DNA of 57,468 bases. Source: a virus. Lineage: Duplodnaviria; Caudoviricetes. Below, in pieces: positions 28,201-36,746 of the stretch. The stretch covers positions 1 to 57,468 of the IMG/VR virus record IMGVR_UViG_3300043099_000120, one strand, 5' to 3'. A program made the position numbers and the translations under genes. The notes under the pieces are model-generated. The model was not told the origin of the DNA and searched no databases. It saw nothing but the letters and a program-made list of their open reading frames with translations. How positions within the stretch are numbered: the first letter of the stretch is position 1; each line of letters opens with the position of its first letter.

Positions 28201-31200
28201 TTGCGGGATGCTATAGCGGCAAACGAAGCCGCTGGTTTGTCGCGAGACGAAGCAATTACAAAGTCGATTACCGATGTTGCAGCAAACCTGGGAACCACAA
28301 AAGATGCGTTGCTGGCGCAACTGGGAACGTCTGAGCAAGTTTTGCGGTCAGAATTGACCGCCGGCTTGCAAGCAACGCAGCAACAGTTAAGCCAACAACT
28401 TCAAACGCAATATGACCAGCTAACGGCCGCGCAGAAAGCGCAGTTCGATGCGTTGATCGAGCAGGGAGCGAATTTACGCACAGCGATGGATCTGGTGCGG
28501 TCTGAAGCTCAAGCGGCACAAGAACAAACGCAGCAGCAGATTGCGCAGCTGGACGCCAACACGCAATCGAAGTTCAATCAACTGTCGGATGCGCAGAAGC
28601 AACAAGCGATTGATCTTGCCAGAACGTCTGGCGATCTGACGACGGCAATCAATAACGTTGCGGCTACGACGGCCACCCAGATTACAGGCGTGGAAACGCG
28701 ACTGCGCGAAGCTATGGCCGCTAACGAGGCGGCAGGCCTGTCGCGAGACGAAGCGGCAAACAAAGCGATTCAGGATGTTGCAACGAGCGTTGGCACAAGC
28801 AAAGAGCAGTTGTTGTCGCAACTTGGAAAAACCGAACAGACCTTGCGCGGCGAGTTGGCGGCGGGGCTGGCAGGGGTGCAGACAGGCTTGGAAAGCCAAA
28901 TTGCAGGCGTGCAGAAGAACTTGAACGACGCAATTGCTGCAAACGAAGCAGCAGGATTGTCGAGGGACGCCGCGATTACGAAGTCCATCACCGATGTTGC
29001 GACAAGCCTGGGTACAACAAAGGAGGCGTTGCTAGCGCAACTTGGTACGTCAGAGCAAACGCTCCGGTCAGAATTGGCTGCTGGGTTGCAGCAGACGCAA
29101 CAGCAGTTGAGTCAACAGATGCAGGCGCAATACGACAGTTTGTCGGCTGCGCAAAAAGCCGAGGTGGATGCTCGTGTTCAACAAGGCCAGGATTTGACGG
29201 CCGCGATGCAGGCTGTTGGGCAGCAAATATCGCAACAACTATCGCAATCAGAAACGGCGCTCCGACAAGCGATTGGTCAACTGGGGACGAATGTTCAGGG
29301 TCAGTTTGATCAAATGAGCGCAGCACAAAAAGCGGAAGTTGCTGCACGCGTACAACAAGGGCAAGACTTGCAAGCGGCAATTCAGGGTGTTAGCGAGCAA
29401 ACGCAACAACAGATTGCTCAGTCCGAGACCGCGTTGAGACAAGCGATTGGGCAGCTTGGTACAAACGTACAAGGGCAGTTTGATCAGATGTCGGCTGCGC
29501 AGAAAGCCGAAGTAGCCGCGAGGGTGCAACAGGGGCAAGATCTATCAGCAGCTATTCAGTCTGTTGGTGCGCAAGCAACGCAACAAATTGCACAAACTGA
29601 GACTGCGTTGCGTCAGGCTATTGGCCAACTAGGAACCGATGTTCAAGGCCAATTCAATGCCATGGACGCTGCGCAAAAAGCGGAAGTCGCTGCGCGTGTC
29701 CAGCAGGGGCAAGATCTTCAAGCCGCGATTGCAAACGTCGGAGCTCAGACCGAACAGAAGCTGGCGCAGACGCAGGCTGGACTCGAGGCAGCGATCGGAC
29801 GCCTGGGGTCGGACGTGCAGTCGCAGTTCTCGCAGATGGACGCAGCACAGAAGGCTGAAGTCGCTGCTCGCGTTCAGCAGGGACAAGATCTACAGACGGC
29901 CATCGCAAACGTAGGCACGGCCACGGCGCAACAAATTGCGCAGAGCGAGGCTGGTCTTCGCGAAGCAATCGGTCAGCTGGGAACCAACGTTCAGGGTCAA
30001 TTCGATGCGATGACCGCGGCACAGAAGGCTGAGGTTGCCGCCAGGGTCCAGCAAGGTCAAGACCTTCAGACGGCGATTGCCAACGTAGGAACGCAGACGC
30101 AGCAACAGATCGCGGCGTCAGAAACTGCGATGCGCGAAGCCCTTGGTCAACTGGGTACGGATGTTCGCACGCAGTTTGATCAGATGTCCCAGGCGCAGAA
30201 GGCTGAAGTCACGGCCAGGATGCAGCAAGGACAGGATCTTCAGACGGCAATCCAGAACGTTGGGCAACAGGCGTCACAACAGCTGACGGAAGCGCAGACG
30301 GCGTTGCGCGGGCAGATCACGACGCTTGGTGAGGATCTGCAACGTCAGTACAACACGATGAGCGATGCCCAGCGCGAAGAAGTTGCGCAGCGTGTTCAAT
30401 TGGGTCAGCAGCTGGATGCAGCAATTTCAAACGTTGGGATGCGGATAGGGCAAGTTGAAGAAAAACTGACACTAAACGTCGAAGATTTGCGCAAACAGAT
30501 TGCTGCTGAGAATGCTCGGAAGGCCGCAGCCGATAAAGCGGCGGCGGAAAAACAGGCTCGTGAAAAAACGTTGCAACTTGGCCAACAAGCAGTAGCAACG
30601 CCTGAAGGAACTCCAACTCCAGAAGCGCAGTTCCGTGGCCCCATGATGACTGGTGAGGCCAAAGATACCGAATTCAAAGGCCCCCTTGAAGAATTCTTCA
30701 AGAAAGTTGAGCAAACTTCGTACACGGCACCGCCAGGACAACCTATGCAGCAACCACAACCGACTCAGGTGGCGCAACAACAGACTGCGCAGCCAGCACA
30801 ACAAGGCCCCAACTACTATTCGTATGGGGTGTTCAACGAGATTGACCAGATTTTGAATCCGCTATCGAGTGCGATGCCCTCGATGTTTGCGAAAGCGGGT
30901 GGTCTGGCAACCCCGATGTTTGCGCAGGGTGGCTTGAATGTGGTGCATCACTCTGGCAAAGAACGGTTGGATTTCCGGCAGGGAGCCGCGGTCAGTGGCC
31001 CTGGGGACGGGCAGTCGGACGACATCCCAGCGATGCTGGCTGACGGGGAGTTTGTCTTCCCGGCCGATGTTGTTGCAGCCCTGGGGAATGGATCTACTAA
31101 GGCTGGAAGCGATAAACTATACGACATGATGCATTCCATCCGGGCGCACCACCGGTCGGCAAGACCTGAAGATCTGCCGCCTCCGGCTAAAAAATCGCCT

Positions 31201-31230
31201 TTGGACTACCTGAAGAAGGCTAGGAGATAA
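22267..31230 (+). CDS. Giant putative internal virion/ejection protein (2987 aa) with Q/A-rich repeat arrays and a C-terminal GPGDG-SD-GEFV domain
   Basis: Uninterrupted ORF with hydrophobic G/A helices, coiled coils, a Pro/Thr linker and 62-, 167- and 58-aa repeats; ends FAQGG...GPGDGQSDDIPAMLADGEFVFPADVV. Confidence 0.8.
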   Translation: MGWVREKTGIELNPFKVAESALNKIGDVVQNIMENPLPAILQIAGAAIGIPPYVTSAAITAAQGGNIKDIAKSAAISYITSDFLQNTQIGADIRNYTSNLVAGDVTDYMIENFDITADQAIKVAKLSTAALNGAVVGGIRATLTGDSIATGIGSGFSQGLVYSGVDSYFDDLNKDQNWGLGKKTLNMIKGATSTALNTLISGKGDPAAAVGNYIAYATLKLGTSEAKTALQRAYEDLTGKTDEAKAAQDELVKLQAEYNTQLNRHNELVNYANTQKQSYDMYVGNYQRSIESFNSSIERDQTDYERTLASLKRQQQDYEVFANAARTTGHPEYVTLANTAAERVNQYAEQLNSIVESANTRATRELSILESEKKVIERYDAELVRLSDGIDTLRKELETPQNGNLAERLQKAAKDYEVKYANYKASEDGKNRAAENYNKIVAEVATRDATIDAINAGAITVTGRTADGGFQLDNGMIVKDGKFYQGNEPVFSNAAGLQQNMLELIDNDGQVYRYGMDAGRQMSTTDIQNAFRRDYQIELSDAEAQRFVGGKYGTYDQQKFDDFAKARAQETYRLIAGRPATQEQLNQFVQSPNSQQAASNAAIRVTTNDSTIVDNASALSVRETAARQVIEGYYKQGLTAEQVEEKLASGQANRDMQTLVDQRKLIVDQQIQGVKNAEAQYGVNSPQYKQAYQQALDQMSKLGGYDVIRNADGSFSHSTFGRLDQETMMPMTDRAYTDPVTGKQYPDKVEQQATGSFDTRDVGIVKARLSDMLDDPKANPADLSTKEMNSFVENFAKATPQQRAELLRGADSSTYQVINDMFQSYSGVAERMSGQTYEQPSVVGSLKESDLTNYQQVLKTGLRGAAADIVGLGTRAGQLVGDLLGYDTPTLDKLQDLMTKDKQTNMDKLVGNEQAVAGGLASGVISAITFIAGGPMAAVATMGGIAANNAWIEGANAVIDKDNNAYRSEEEARKNGVFEYRKLTPEENGMRTAMMTAAEMVGEALGAKALGMVMKGVPISGSPSEIIDATRRIAVGMLGEQATEQLTTAMQMAADKWTSVGLGKNATFEDYQKAMMDTAIATAVAVGTSTSAGTLATNLRNASQTPNLFSRDTRETEVEPTLPSLVQTFKESGVTNVETIVKEFQETIQNGGQGVEVVRDNTVNTLVDAGVSKVRAEILANEMLDRALSTKIEEDLKVKGLSDAEIASITKPIKDITNDFIKGETSPEQKGFDELFRVLTDPQLQQTLYPEKVTPTPTTPDTPPVTPTTPTVPTTPTTPTVPTTPTVPETPTTPTTPTTDPALTQLRSDLTQQIADARAQGKSEVEAVQQAVNTVAANLGTTKETILAQLGTTEAQLRADVASQVGGVESRLSAAIEAAKQSGMEGDAALQAGINTVSRDLGITKNSLLSQLGRTEQQLRSDFAGQIASVSSQVFNVQTSLSNAIAAARAAGASGDAALQTGLDKVASDLGTTKEQLLTQLGKTEEQLRADVASQVGGVESRLTAAIDAAKQSGMQGDAALQAGINQVASELGTTKEQLLAQVGKTEAQLRADMQAQIGGVETRLIEAIQQARQSGLQGDAALQAGIDTVASDIGATKEQLLAQVGKTEAQLKADMQAQVGGVESRLTAAIAEARQSGLQGDAALQAGIDRVASDLNTTKDIVLEQVGKTEQQLRTDFASQLGGVQQQIGQVQTDLTKAIADAKAAGATDVQAVRDALATVSTSLGTTQEALLQQLGKSEADLRAEFRAGQQTTQEQIADLGSTFMQQYDALNAAQKAQFDALVEQGSNLRSAMNLVQTQTQEQLQNVETRLRDAMAANEAAGMSRDAAATKAIQDVATSVGTTKSELLAQVGKTEDVLRSELATGLAQTQEQIRSELQSQYDQLTASQKAQFDAMVEQGANLRTAMDLVRSEAQAAQEQTREQIAQLDVSTQAKFEQMSEAQRQQALQLAQTSGDLTTAINNVAATTATQITGVETRLRDAIAANEAAGLSRDEAITKSITDVAANLGTTKDALLAQLGTSEQVLRSELTAGLQATQQQLSQQLQTQYDQLTAAQKAQFDALIEQGANLRTAMDLVRSEAQAAQEQTQQQIAQLDANTQSKFNQLSDAQKQQAIDLARTSGDLTTAINNVAATTATQITGVETRLREAMAANEAAGLSRDEAANKAIQDVATSVGTSKEQLLSQLGKTEQTLRGELAAGLAGVQTGLESQIAGVQKNLNDAIAANEAAGLSRDAAITKSITDVATSLGTTKEALLAQLGTSEQTLRSELAAGLQQTQQQLSQQMQAQYDSLSAAQKAEVDARVQQGQDLTAAMQAVGQQISQQLSQSETALRQAIGQLGTNVQGQFDQMSAAQKAEVAARVQQGQDLQAAIQGVSEQTQQQIAQSETALRQAIGQLGTNVQGQFDQMSAAQKAEVAARVQQGQDLSAAIQSVGAQATQQIAQTETALRQAIGQLGTDVQGQFNAMDAAQKAEVAARVQQGQDLQAAIANVGAQTEQKLAQTQAGLEAAIGRLGSDVQSQFSQMDAAQKAEVAARVQQGQDLQTAIANVGTATAQQIAQSEAGLREAIGQLGTNVQGQFDAMTAAQKAEVAARVQQGQDLQTAIANVGTQTQQQIAASETAMREALGQLGTDVRTQFDQMSQAQKAEVTARMQQGQDLQTAIQNVGQQASQQLTEAQTALRGQITTLGEDLQRQYNTMSDAQREEVAQRVQLGQQLDAAISNVGMRIGQVEEKLTLNVEDLRKQIAAENARKAAADKAAAEKQAREKTLQLGQQAVATPEGTPTPEAQFRGPMMTGEAKDTEFKGPLEEFFKKVEQTSYTAPPGQPMQQPQPTQVAQQQTAQPAQQGPNYYSYGVFNEIDQILNPLSSAMPSMFAKAGGLATPMFAQGGLNVVHHSGKERLDFRQGAAVSGPGDGQSDDIPAMLADGEFVFPADVVAALGNGSTKAGSDKLYDMMHSIRAHHRSARPEDLPPPAKKSPLDYLKKARR
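26026..26165 (+). repeat. Pro/Thr low-complexity linker (TPTTPTVP)n
   Basis: TPTPTTPDTPPVTPTTPTVPTTPTTPTVPTTPTVPETPTTPTTPTT. Confidence 0.9.
26362..27500 (+). repeat. Imperfect tandem 186-bp (62-aa) coding repeats
   Basis: GGV(E/Q) anchors at 26362, 26755, 26941, 27127 and 27313; 186-bp spacing except the first interval (393 bp, two units, one of them longer). Confidence 0.85.
27691..29100 (+). repeat. Imperfect tandem 501-bp (167-aa) coding repeats
   Basis: ETRLR anchors at 27691, 28192 and 28693. Confidence 0.85.
29130..30450 (+). repeat. Eight imperfect tandem 174-bp (58-aa) coding repeats
   Basis: QKAEV/QREEV anchors at 29152, 29326, 29500, 29674, 29848, 30022, 30196 and 30370. Confidence 0.9.
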
Positions 31231-31232
31231 GC

Positions 31233-32306
31233 ATGGCCCTCACGCAAGGCGCTCCGTTGCCGAACATCACGACGACGGATACGAGTGTTCAAAAAGCTCC
31301 TCAGTTTTATACCGACTATCTGACTGGATTGTCTCAGGCAGCTAGCACTGCCATGGCAAGGCCGGCGGCAGAAGCGATTGCTGGCTACGATCCGTTGCAG
31401 ACGGTAGGTTATGGGCAGATGCAAACGGCGGCTGACGCTTACAAGCCTGGGTTGTCTGCTGCCGAATCAACGCTTGGCAAAGCAGCACAAGGGGTGACCG
31501 GGGCAAGAATCAGTGAGCTGATGAACCCGTACACCAATCAAGTCGTCAACGAGATGGAGCGTCTGCAACAGCAGTCGATGCAGCGCTCTCTGCTGCCCAC
31601 AATGAAGGCCGGCTTTGTTGGAAGCGGAGGGTTAGGAAGTCAGCGGTATGCCGGAGCGCTAGGACAAGCATTAGCAGATGCGCAGCGTAATCTGACGGGA
31701 CAACAAGCCGCGGCCTTGCAAGCAGGGTTCAGCGAAGCGCAAAAGACTGCTTTGGGAGAGCTACCGTTTCTGGTGCAAGCCGGGCAACAGCAATTGTCAG
31801 GTGCCAAGCTGGGACAAGAGCTAGGGTTGACGGGTGCGGGTGCGTTGACTAAGGCAGGCGCAGAAAAACAAGCGTATGAACAAAGCTTGCGTGACTATCC
31901 TTTGCAGACTGCGACAACGGCTGCGGGATTGTTGCGAGGCTACCCAATTCAGTTGGACGAAACTAAGACTCGTGTTGGGCCCGGTCAGGCGGGGCAGTAT
32001 CAAAAGTCGCCGCTTGAGAATGTTCTTGGTTTGGTATCGATGTTGGGCGCTGCAAGTGGCGCGACAACAATCGGACCAGACGGCAAGCCGGTTCAAAGTC
32101 CGCTGGGTGCCGGCCTTGGGAGGCTTGTAGACATCGGGAAAGGCATTCTGGGCGGATTTAGCGGAACGAGCTTTACGGTTGATCCCAAAGAATTTATTGG
32201 CGCGGCAACAGAAGGCGGTCCAGGTTTGTATTTTGATCGTGACACGTATCAGTATTACGATTCGTCCGGCAACTTGGTGCCAATTTCCGGATCAGAAGGC
32301 GAGTAA
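31233..32306 (+). CDS. Putative ejection/DNA-transfer protein
   Basis: Q/A/G-rich; LMNPYTNQVV and GGLGSQR motifs typical of podovirus internal proteins. Confidence 0.65.
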   Translation: MALTQGAPLPNITTTDTSVQKAPQFYTDYLTGLSQAASTAMARPAAEAIAGYDPLQTVGYGQMQTAADAYKPGLSAAESTLGKAAQGVTGARISELMNPYTNQVVNEMERLQQQSMQRSLLPTMKAGFVGSGGLGSQRYAGALGQALADAQRNLTGQQAAALQAGFSEAQKTALGELPFLVQAGQQQLSGAKLGQELGLTGAGALTKAGAEKQAYEQSLRDYPLQTATTAAGLLRGYPIQLDETKTRVGPGQAGQYQKSPLENVLGLVSMLGAASGATTIGPDGKPVQSPLGAGLGRLVDIGKGILGGFSGTSFTVDPKEFIGAATEGGPGLYFDRDTYQYYDSSGNLVPISGSEGE

Positions 32307-32308
32307 TC

Positions 32309-33928
32309 ATGGCAGACAAAGCTCCGGCAGTAGGGTACTTGCCACCGACTGATCCTGCGGCCGAAGAGGCAAACCGGGTTTATCAGGAAGCGCTTGCCAA
32401 GCTGAATCAATCGTTGGATCTGCGGAAAAACCGCATGTTCGATCCGATGTATTTGGCCGCGGCACGAGGGTTTCTTGGTCCGTCGCAGACCGGAAGTTTT
32501 TATGAGTCGCTGGGTCGTGTTGCTGGAACGGTCGGCGAAGCTCAAGAGCAACGAATCAAAGAGCAGCAGGAAGAAGCCCGGCAACGGCTAGATGTTGCTG
32601 GCGCTGGTCTCGAGCTAGAGCGCCTCAAGCAGCAAGAACGAGCGATCGGCCAATTCCTTGGCGGTGGGCAACAGCCGCCGGCTGGCGGTCTTGCGGCCGG
32701 GCCGGCTCCTGGCGCGGCACCTACCGGCGGATTGCCTGGGCGTGCTCCGGCTCCCGCGGGCGGTGGTCTGGCAAAGCCACCAGGGTTTGAGGATGTGCAA
32801 GGTATTCAGACGATGCCGCCCAATCCAGAGTTCATGACTGGGCGCGACTTTATTGAGTTGAATCGGTTTGAGCGCGGCAGGAACTTCCCGGATCTTCTGA
32901 AGCAAGCGCAGGAGATAAATCAGAAGCGGTACGTTGCCAAGGAAGGCGGCTTACAGGACATGCGCACAGGCTTGTTCTTTCCGTTCCCGAAAGGCGAGCA
33001 GGTTGATCGTCAGATCGATGGCAAGACGTACAAAGTCGATAGTAAGACGGCCGCGCTTCTGGACATGTACGCAGCGAGTAACGACCCGCGCTACTACTCT
33101 GTGGCCAAGCGGGTTGTCGAAGGGCCGACGAGACCGGCAGATGGCAAAGCGGAAGAGCCGCAACGTCGCAAGTCCCAGGAAGAGCTGGAGATTGAGCGCA
33201 AGCAAGCGGAGGCCTTGGCGACTGGTCGAGGGCAAACGGCGGCAAAAGAGGAAGCCGAGTTACCGTCACGCGTCAGTGCGGCGCGGCAGATGTTTGGGGT
33301 TGCTGGCCGTGTTGAGAATGCGTTAAGAGAGAGCGGCAATTTCTTTGGCATTTTCCAGCGTCCTGGAATTGTCCCGGCCGTTGGTAAGCTTGTGGCAGAA
33401 GGCGTGCAAACGCCTGGGGGAACGATTAACCTTCCAGGGTTGCAACAAGCGGTGACGCAAGCGCTGCCAGGGGTAACGCAAAAAGACATCGACAACGTTG
33501 TTACCGCCGCTGCGGATTTTGCCGAGGTTGAGTTGCTCTACCGCCGGTTGTATCTGCAAGGCCAAGGCGCGGTCAGCAACATGGAAGGTCAGGTCGTTGC
33601 GCGACTTGGTGGATCGGTGGCCAATTCTCCTGGCGTGTTGCGAGCGCGGATGCAGCTGTTGCGAGAGCGGTCGCAATTTGATATGGATGTTGGCAACGCC
33701 TGGGGGGTGTACCAAGACAAGAATCCGGATAAGTCGTTCACGGATTTCCGTCGAAGCAGTATGTATCGAGATTTGCTGCGGAACTTTGAAGAAAAGATGG
33801 GCGAGCTCGAGAAGCGGTTGCCAGCTGTTCCGACGAGTCAAAGGCCGGCAGCAACTCCAGCGCAGCCGTCTCAGCAAAATCTCGGGACAGCACGTCAACG
33901 GTTGGATTCACTGCTACAGGGGCAATGA
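32309..33928 (+). CDS. Putative ejection protein (helical)
   Basis: Position in the ejection block; coiled coils; GQGAVSNMEG motif. Confidence 0.65.
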   Translation: MADKAPAVGYLPPTDPAAEEANRVYQEALAKLNQSLDLRKNRMFDPMYLAAARGFLGPSQTGSFYESLGRVAGTVGEAQEQRIKEQQEEARQRLDVAGAGLELERLKQQERAIGQFLGGGQQPPAGGLAAGPAPGAAPTGGLPGRAPAPAGGGLAKPPGFEDVQGIQTMPPNPEFMTGRDFIELNRFERGRNFPDLLKQAQEINQKRYVAKEGGLQDMRTGLFFPFPKGEQVDRQIDGKTYKVDSKTAALLDMYAASNDPRYYSVAKRVVEGPTRPADGKAEEPQRRKSQEELEIERKQAEALATGRGQTAAKEEAELPSRVSAARQMFGVAGRVENALRESGNFFGIFQRPGIVPAVGKLVAEGVQTPGGTINLPGLQQAVTQALPGVTQKDIDNVVTAAADFAEVELLYRRLYLQGQGAVSNMEGQVVARLGGSVANSPGVLRARMQLLRERSQFDMDVGNAWGVYQDKNPDKSFTDFRRSSMYRDLLRNFEEKMGELEKRLPAVPTSQRPAATPAQPSQQNLGTARQRLDSLLQGQ

Positions 33929-35466
33929 TGCTGACATTCCTCGACAAGCTCGATGACGAGCAGATTGCCAACGCAGAGAAGGTAGCCAAGGCTGCTCGTC
34001 GGGCCGGCGTTGATCCGAAGCTTGCGGTGGCGATTGCGTTCCGCGAGAGCAGTCTTCGAGCAAATCCTCCTCGAGGATCGTCTGGTGAGATCGGCATCAT
34101 GCAAGTCATGCCGGGTACCGGCCGAGGGATTGGGTTTGACGAAAAGAAACTTCAAGATGTCGATCAGAACATTGAGGCTGGTATCGCATACCTGAAGCAG
34201 GGTTTGCAGGCGACAGGTAACGATCCGAAGCTTGCTGCGGTGTATTACAACGGCGGTCCTGGCGCGGTTCAAGCGTTGTCGTCTGGCAAAGATCCAGACC
34301 CGCGAGTCATTGAATACGTGCGAGCGATCAATTCGTTTGGTACGTTCGGTCGCCCGGCTCAAGCAGAACAGCCGGCAACGCCGCCTGCCGCACAAGCTGC
34401 GCCTATGGAACAGCCCCCAGCAGGAGCGATGCCCGAAGAGGCTCCGGCAGAGACCGATGCTGAAAGGGATGCAAGGATTCAGCAGGCCATCGAAGCACAG
34501 AACCGGAGGATGGGCCAGCTCTACGGTGCTGGGGTTGGAGCTGGGGTATCAGCAGGACGCGGATTGGCGGGGCTGGCGCGTTCGGGGATTGAAGGGGCAG
34601 GGCAGGCATACGGAAGGGGCCTCCAGGCGGGAATGCAGCCTCCTGGAGCTCTTCCAGGCGCGGGAGCGGCACCAGCTCCTGGGGCGCTTCCAGGCGCTCG
34701 TGGGGCTGCTCCTGGGGCTCCCGCGGGTGTGCCGCCTGGAACGCCTCCGGGGATGTACCCGCCAGCAACCGGTCCTGGTAGCGCGACGGCTAACTATGGT
34801 CGAGTCTTTGGATTGCCGGAGATTGAAGCACAACGAGCGCTGGGTCTTGGCAAACAACAGGGCGAGGTCTGGGATCTGATGGAACGCCGTCGGGCGGCAT
34901 TGCAGGACATCCAGCAGCGATTCCCGACCGAGCGGTACGTTGAGAATCCGCGGTTCGGTGGCATCATGACGCCGGATCCAGGGGCGGGTGGTGGCCCGCG
35001 AGCGCAGTACGTTCAGCCGGAGCCGTCAGCCGTTCAGCCGACACCTCGAGCGGGCGCAGCACCAGCGCAGCAATTAACGCAGCTGCCGCCACCGCAGCCA
35101 GTTCCAACAACGCCGCCAGCACCTACCGGATTGCAGGCGGTGACGCAGGAACTTAGAGCGTTAGCGCGACCAGTGGTGTCAGCGCTGGGCGCTGCGAGTC
35201 GGTTTGTTGCGCCTCCGCTCGGTCTTGCTACAGCAGGCGGTGAGGCTGCAACGGTGGAAAGCGAGTTACGTCGCCAAGACCCGGATTACATCAAAGCGGC
35301 GTTGTCTGGCATTACGGGTCTGTCTGGACTGGCGGCGCTGTATCCGCCTGCGACGTTGCCTGCGGCGGCAATCGGAGGGGGTTCTGCATTAGCGAGCTAC
35401 CTGCGAGAGAAAGAGCCGATCGGCCCCTTTGAGCCGAGATTTTCGCTACAATCAACTGCTCCCTAA
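33925..35466 (+). CDS. Virion-associated lytic transglycosylase (SLT/GH23) with a long Pro/Ala/Gly tail
   Basis: AIAFRESS (catalytic Glu), GIMQVMP, NIEAGIAYL, YYNGGPG. Confidence 0.88.
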   Translation: MMLTFLDKLDDEQIANAEKVAKAARRAGVDPKLAVAIAFRESSLRANPPRGSSGEIGIMQVMPGTGRGIGFDEKKLQDVDQNIEAGIAYLKQGLQATGNDPKLAAVYYNGGPGAVQALSSGKDPDPRVIEYVRAINSFGTFGRPAQAEQPATPPAAQAAPMEQPPAGAMPEEAPAETDAERDARIQQAIEAQNRRMGQLYGAGVGAGVSAGRGLAGLARSGIEGAGQAYGRGLQAGMQPPGALPGAGAAPAPGALPGARGAAPGAPAGVPPGTPPGMYPPATGPGSATANYGRVFGLPEIEAQRALGLGKQQGEVWDLMERRRAALQDIQQRFPTERYVENPRFGGIMTPDPGAGGGPRAQYVQPEPSAVQPTPRAGAAPAQQLTQLPPPQPVPTTPPAPTGLQAVTQELRALARPVVSALGAASRFVAPPLGLATAGGEAATVESELRRQDPDYIKAALSGITGLSGLAALYPPATLPAAAIGGGSALASYLREKEPIGPFEPRFSLQSTAP

Positions 35467-35482
35467 AGTCTCCTTCAGAGTT

Positions 35483-35509
35483 AGCCCGGCGTGTGCCGGG
35501 CTTTTTTTA
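35483..35509 (+). terminator. Rho-independent terminator ending the late operon
   Basis: agcccggc-gtgt-gccgggct followed by a T run, at the convergence of + and - strand genes. Confidence 0.9.
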
Positions 35510-35722
35510 TGGTCGGAGCTGTTCAAGTTCGCGAGCGATGTCTTCGTTGAATTCAGCAACGATCCGCACGCAGCGTTGATGTTCAGCGCGAGCAGTTCTC
35601 ACCCTAACTAGGGCGGCGACGTTGTTGGCAAACTGAACAATGTCGACTTCATCGGCAACCAGAGCGTTACGACGCGGCCGATCGGACTGAAAGAAAATTT
35701 GTTTGATTGTCTCTTCGTCCAT
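35507..35722 (-). CDS. Hypothetical protein (71 aa)
   Basis: MDEETIKQIFFQSD...; ATG overlaps the nuclease stop codon. Confidence 0.7.
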   Translation of the reverse strand: MDEETIKQIFFQSDRPRRNALVADEVDIVQFANNVAALVRVRTARAEHQRCVRIVAEFNEDIARELEQLRP

Positions 35723-36456
35723 CACTGATGTCCGTTCTTGAGCTGCCAATACGTCAGAAGTTGGACGAACATCTTCCACCCGCGGGATAGGTCGTCCGAA
35801 GACCATTCAATCAGTTTGCAAAGGCCTGGGACTGAGCGGCTGACAAAGACGTTAGCGCAGCGAGCCTCTGGGATGCCGAGGCCAACGCGATACGCGGCAA
35901 GTTGCATCAAGTGCTCGTCGTAGCCCTCGACCTTGTCGCCTTCCGTAAACTCTTTGGTCTTGATGTCAACGACGACGCCTTGAGGCGAGTGTAGGTCGAC
36001 CTTCCCGCCAAAGCCGAGTTCGTGCGCGAAGGAGCGTTCAGCAATCCAGCCGTGATAGCCGAAGGCATCAGTAATCGTGCGCGTACAGGCTTCAACGTGC
36101 TCGCGGTGCTTGATCGCAACAGATTGACCCTCGTAAAACCCCTGAATGGATGCGTGGATGTCTGTTCCGGCGTCTGCGGCTGCTCGCGCCTGGGCTTTGG
36201 AGTCTTCGAGGATACGAGCAATGAAGGCGTCTTCTGTTTCATCATGCACTCGAGGCAGTGTTAGTGCGGCCAGCAGAACCTGACGCTGCATCCATAGCAT
36301 CAGGCCCGGCTTGGCCGCGATGTTAAGCACGGTCGTCACGGACGGCACGAGGTTGTATTTACGGGCATCACGCAAAGTTGTTGGCCGTTGAAAGCCATTG
36401 CCTGCGGTGACGGTGTATCGCGGAGTGCCTTCGCGGTCGTACCAGTGTTCAGCCAT
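35722..36456 (-). CDS. PD-(D/E)XK exonuclease (Cas4/RecB-like phage nuclease)
   Basis: PSVTTVL, AADAGTDIH, E...GFGGKVDL...VVDIKT, QLAAY motifs. Confidence 0.85.
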   Translation of the reverse strand: MAEHWYDREGTPRYTVTAGNGFQRPTTLRDARKYNLVPSVTTVLNIAAKPGLMLWMQRQVLLAALTLPRVHDETEDAFIARILEDSKAQARAAADAGTDIHASIQGFYEGQSVAIKHREHVEACTRTITDAFGYHGWIAERSFAHELGFGGKVDLHSPQGVVVDIKTKEFTEGDKVEGYDEHLMQLAAYRVGLGIPEARCANVFVSRSVPGLCKLIEWSSDDLSRGWKMFVQLLTYWQLKNGHQ

Positions 36457-36737
36457 CAGAACAGACTCGGTTGAATGGATGAAAGCTTGACGGGATGAAC
36501 CGTCTTGCCGGTGATTGAGCAACGTCGGGTCGCTGTCTCCTCGAGCATTCCGATAGCCAGGAGTTCATTGACACGCCCACAGACCGACGAGAGTTCTAGC
36601 CCAGTGTGTCGGGCCAGTTCTCGTCGACTGTAGGTTGTGCCAGGGACCATCTGGGAGAGGATGACGTTAGCTTGCCGACTGAGTTTCCCGGTATCTCGGT
36701 GATCGTGATACGCGGTCACAGATGTGTCAGCAATCAC
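36456..36737 (-). CDS. Winged-helix DNA-binding protein
   Basis: SRRELARHTGLELSSVCGRVNELLAIGML followed by RRCSITG. Confidence 0.75.
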   Translation of the reverse strand: MIADTSVTAYHDHRDTGKLSRQANVILSQMVPGTTYSRRELARHTGLELSSVCGRVNELLAIGMLEETATRRCSITGKTVHPVKLSSIQPSLF

Positions 36738-36746
36738 GATGCCTCC

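Noticed and set aside
26362-30450. CRISPR array or DGR template/variable repeat pair
   Set aside because: The repeats are in-frame coding units that differ mainly at synonymous sites, with no spacers and no obvious adenine-specific pattern; no reverse transcriptase or cas operon is present.
22267-31230. Siphovirus tape-measure protein
   Set aside because: No recognisable tail tube, tail chaperone or Dit/Tal genes; neighbours are adaptor, nozzle and SLT ejection-type genes. Not fully excluded.
35722-36456. Cas4 as evidence of a CRISPR system
   Set aside because: A stand-alone PD-(D/E)XK nuclease near an SSB-like gene, without the Fe-S cysteine set and without an array.
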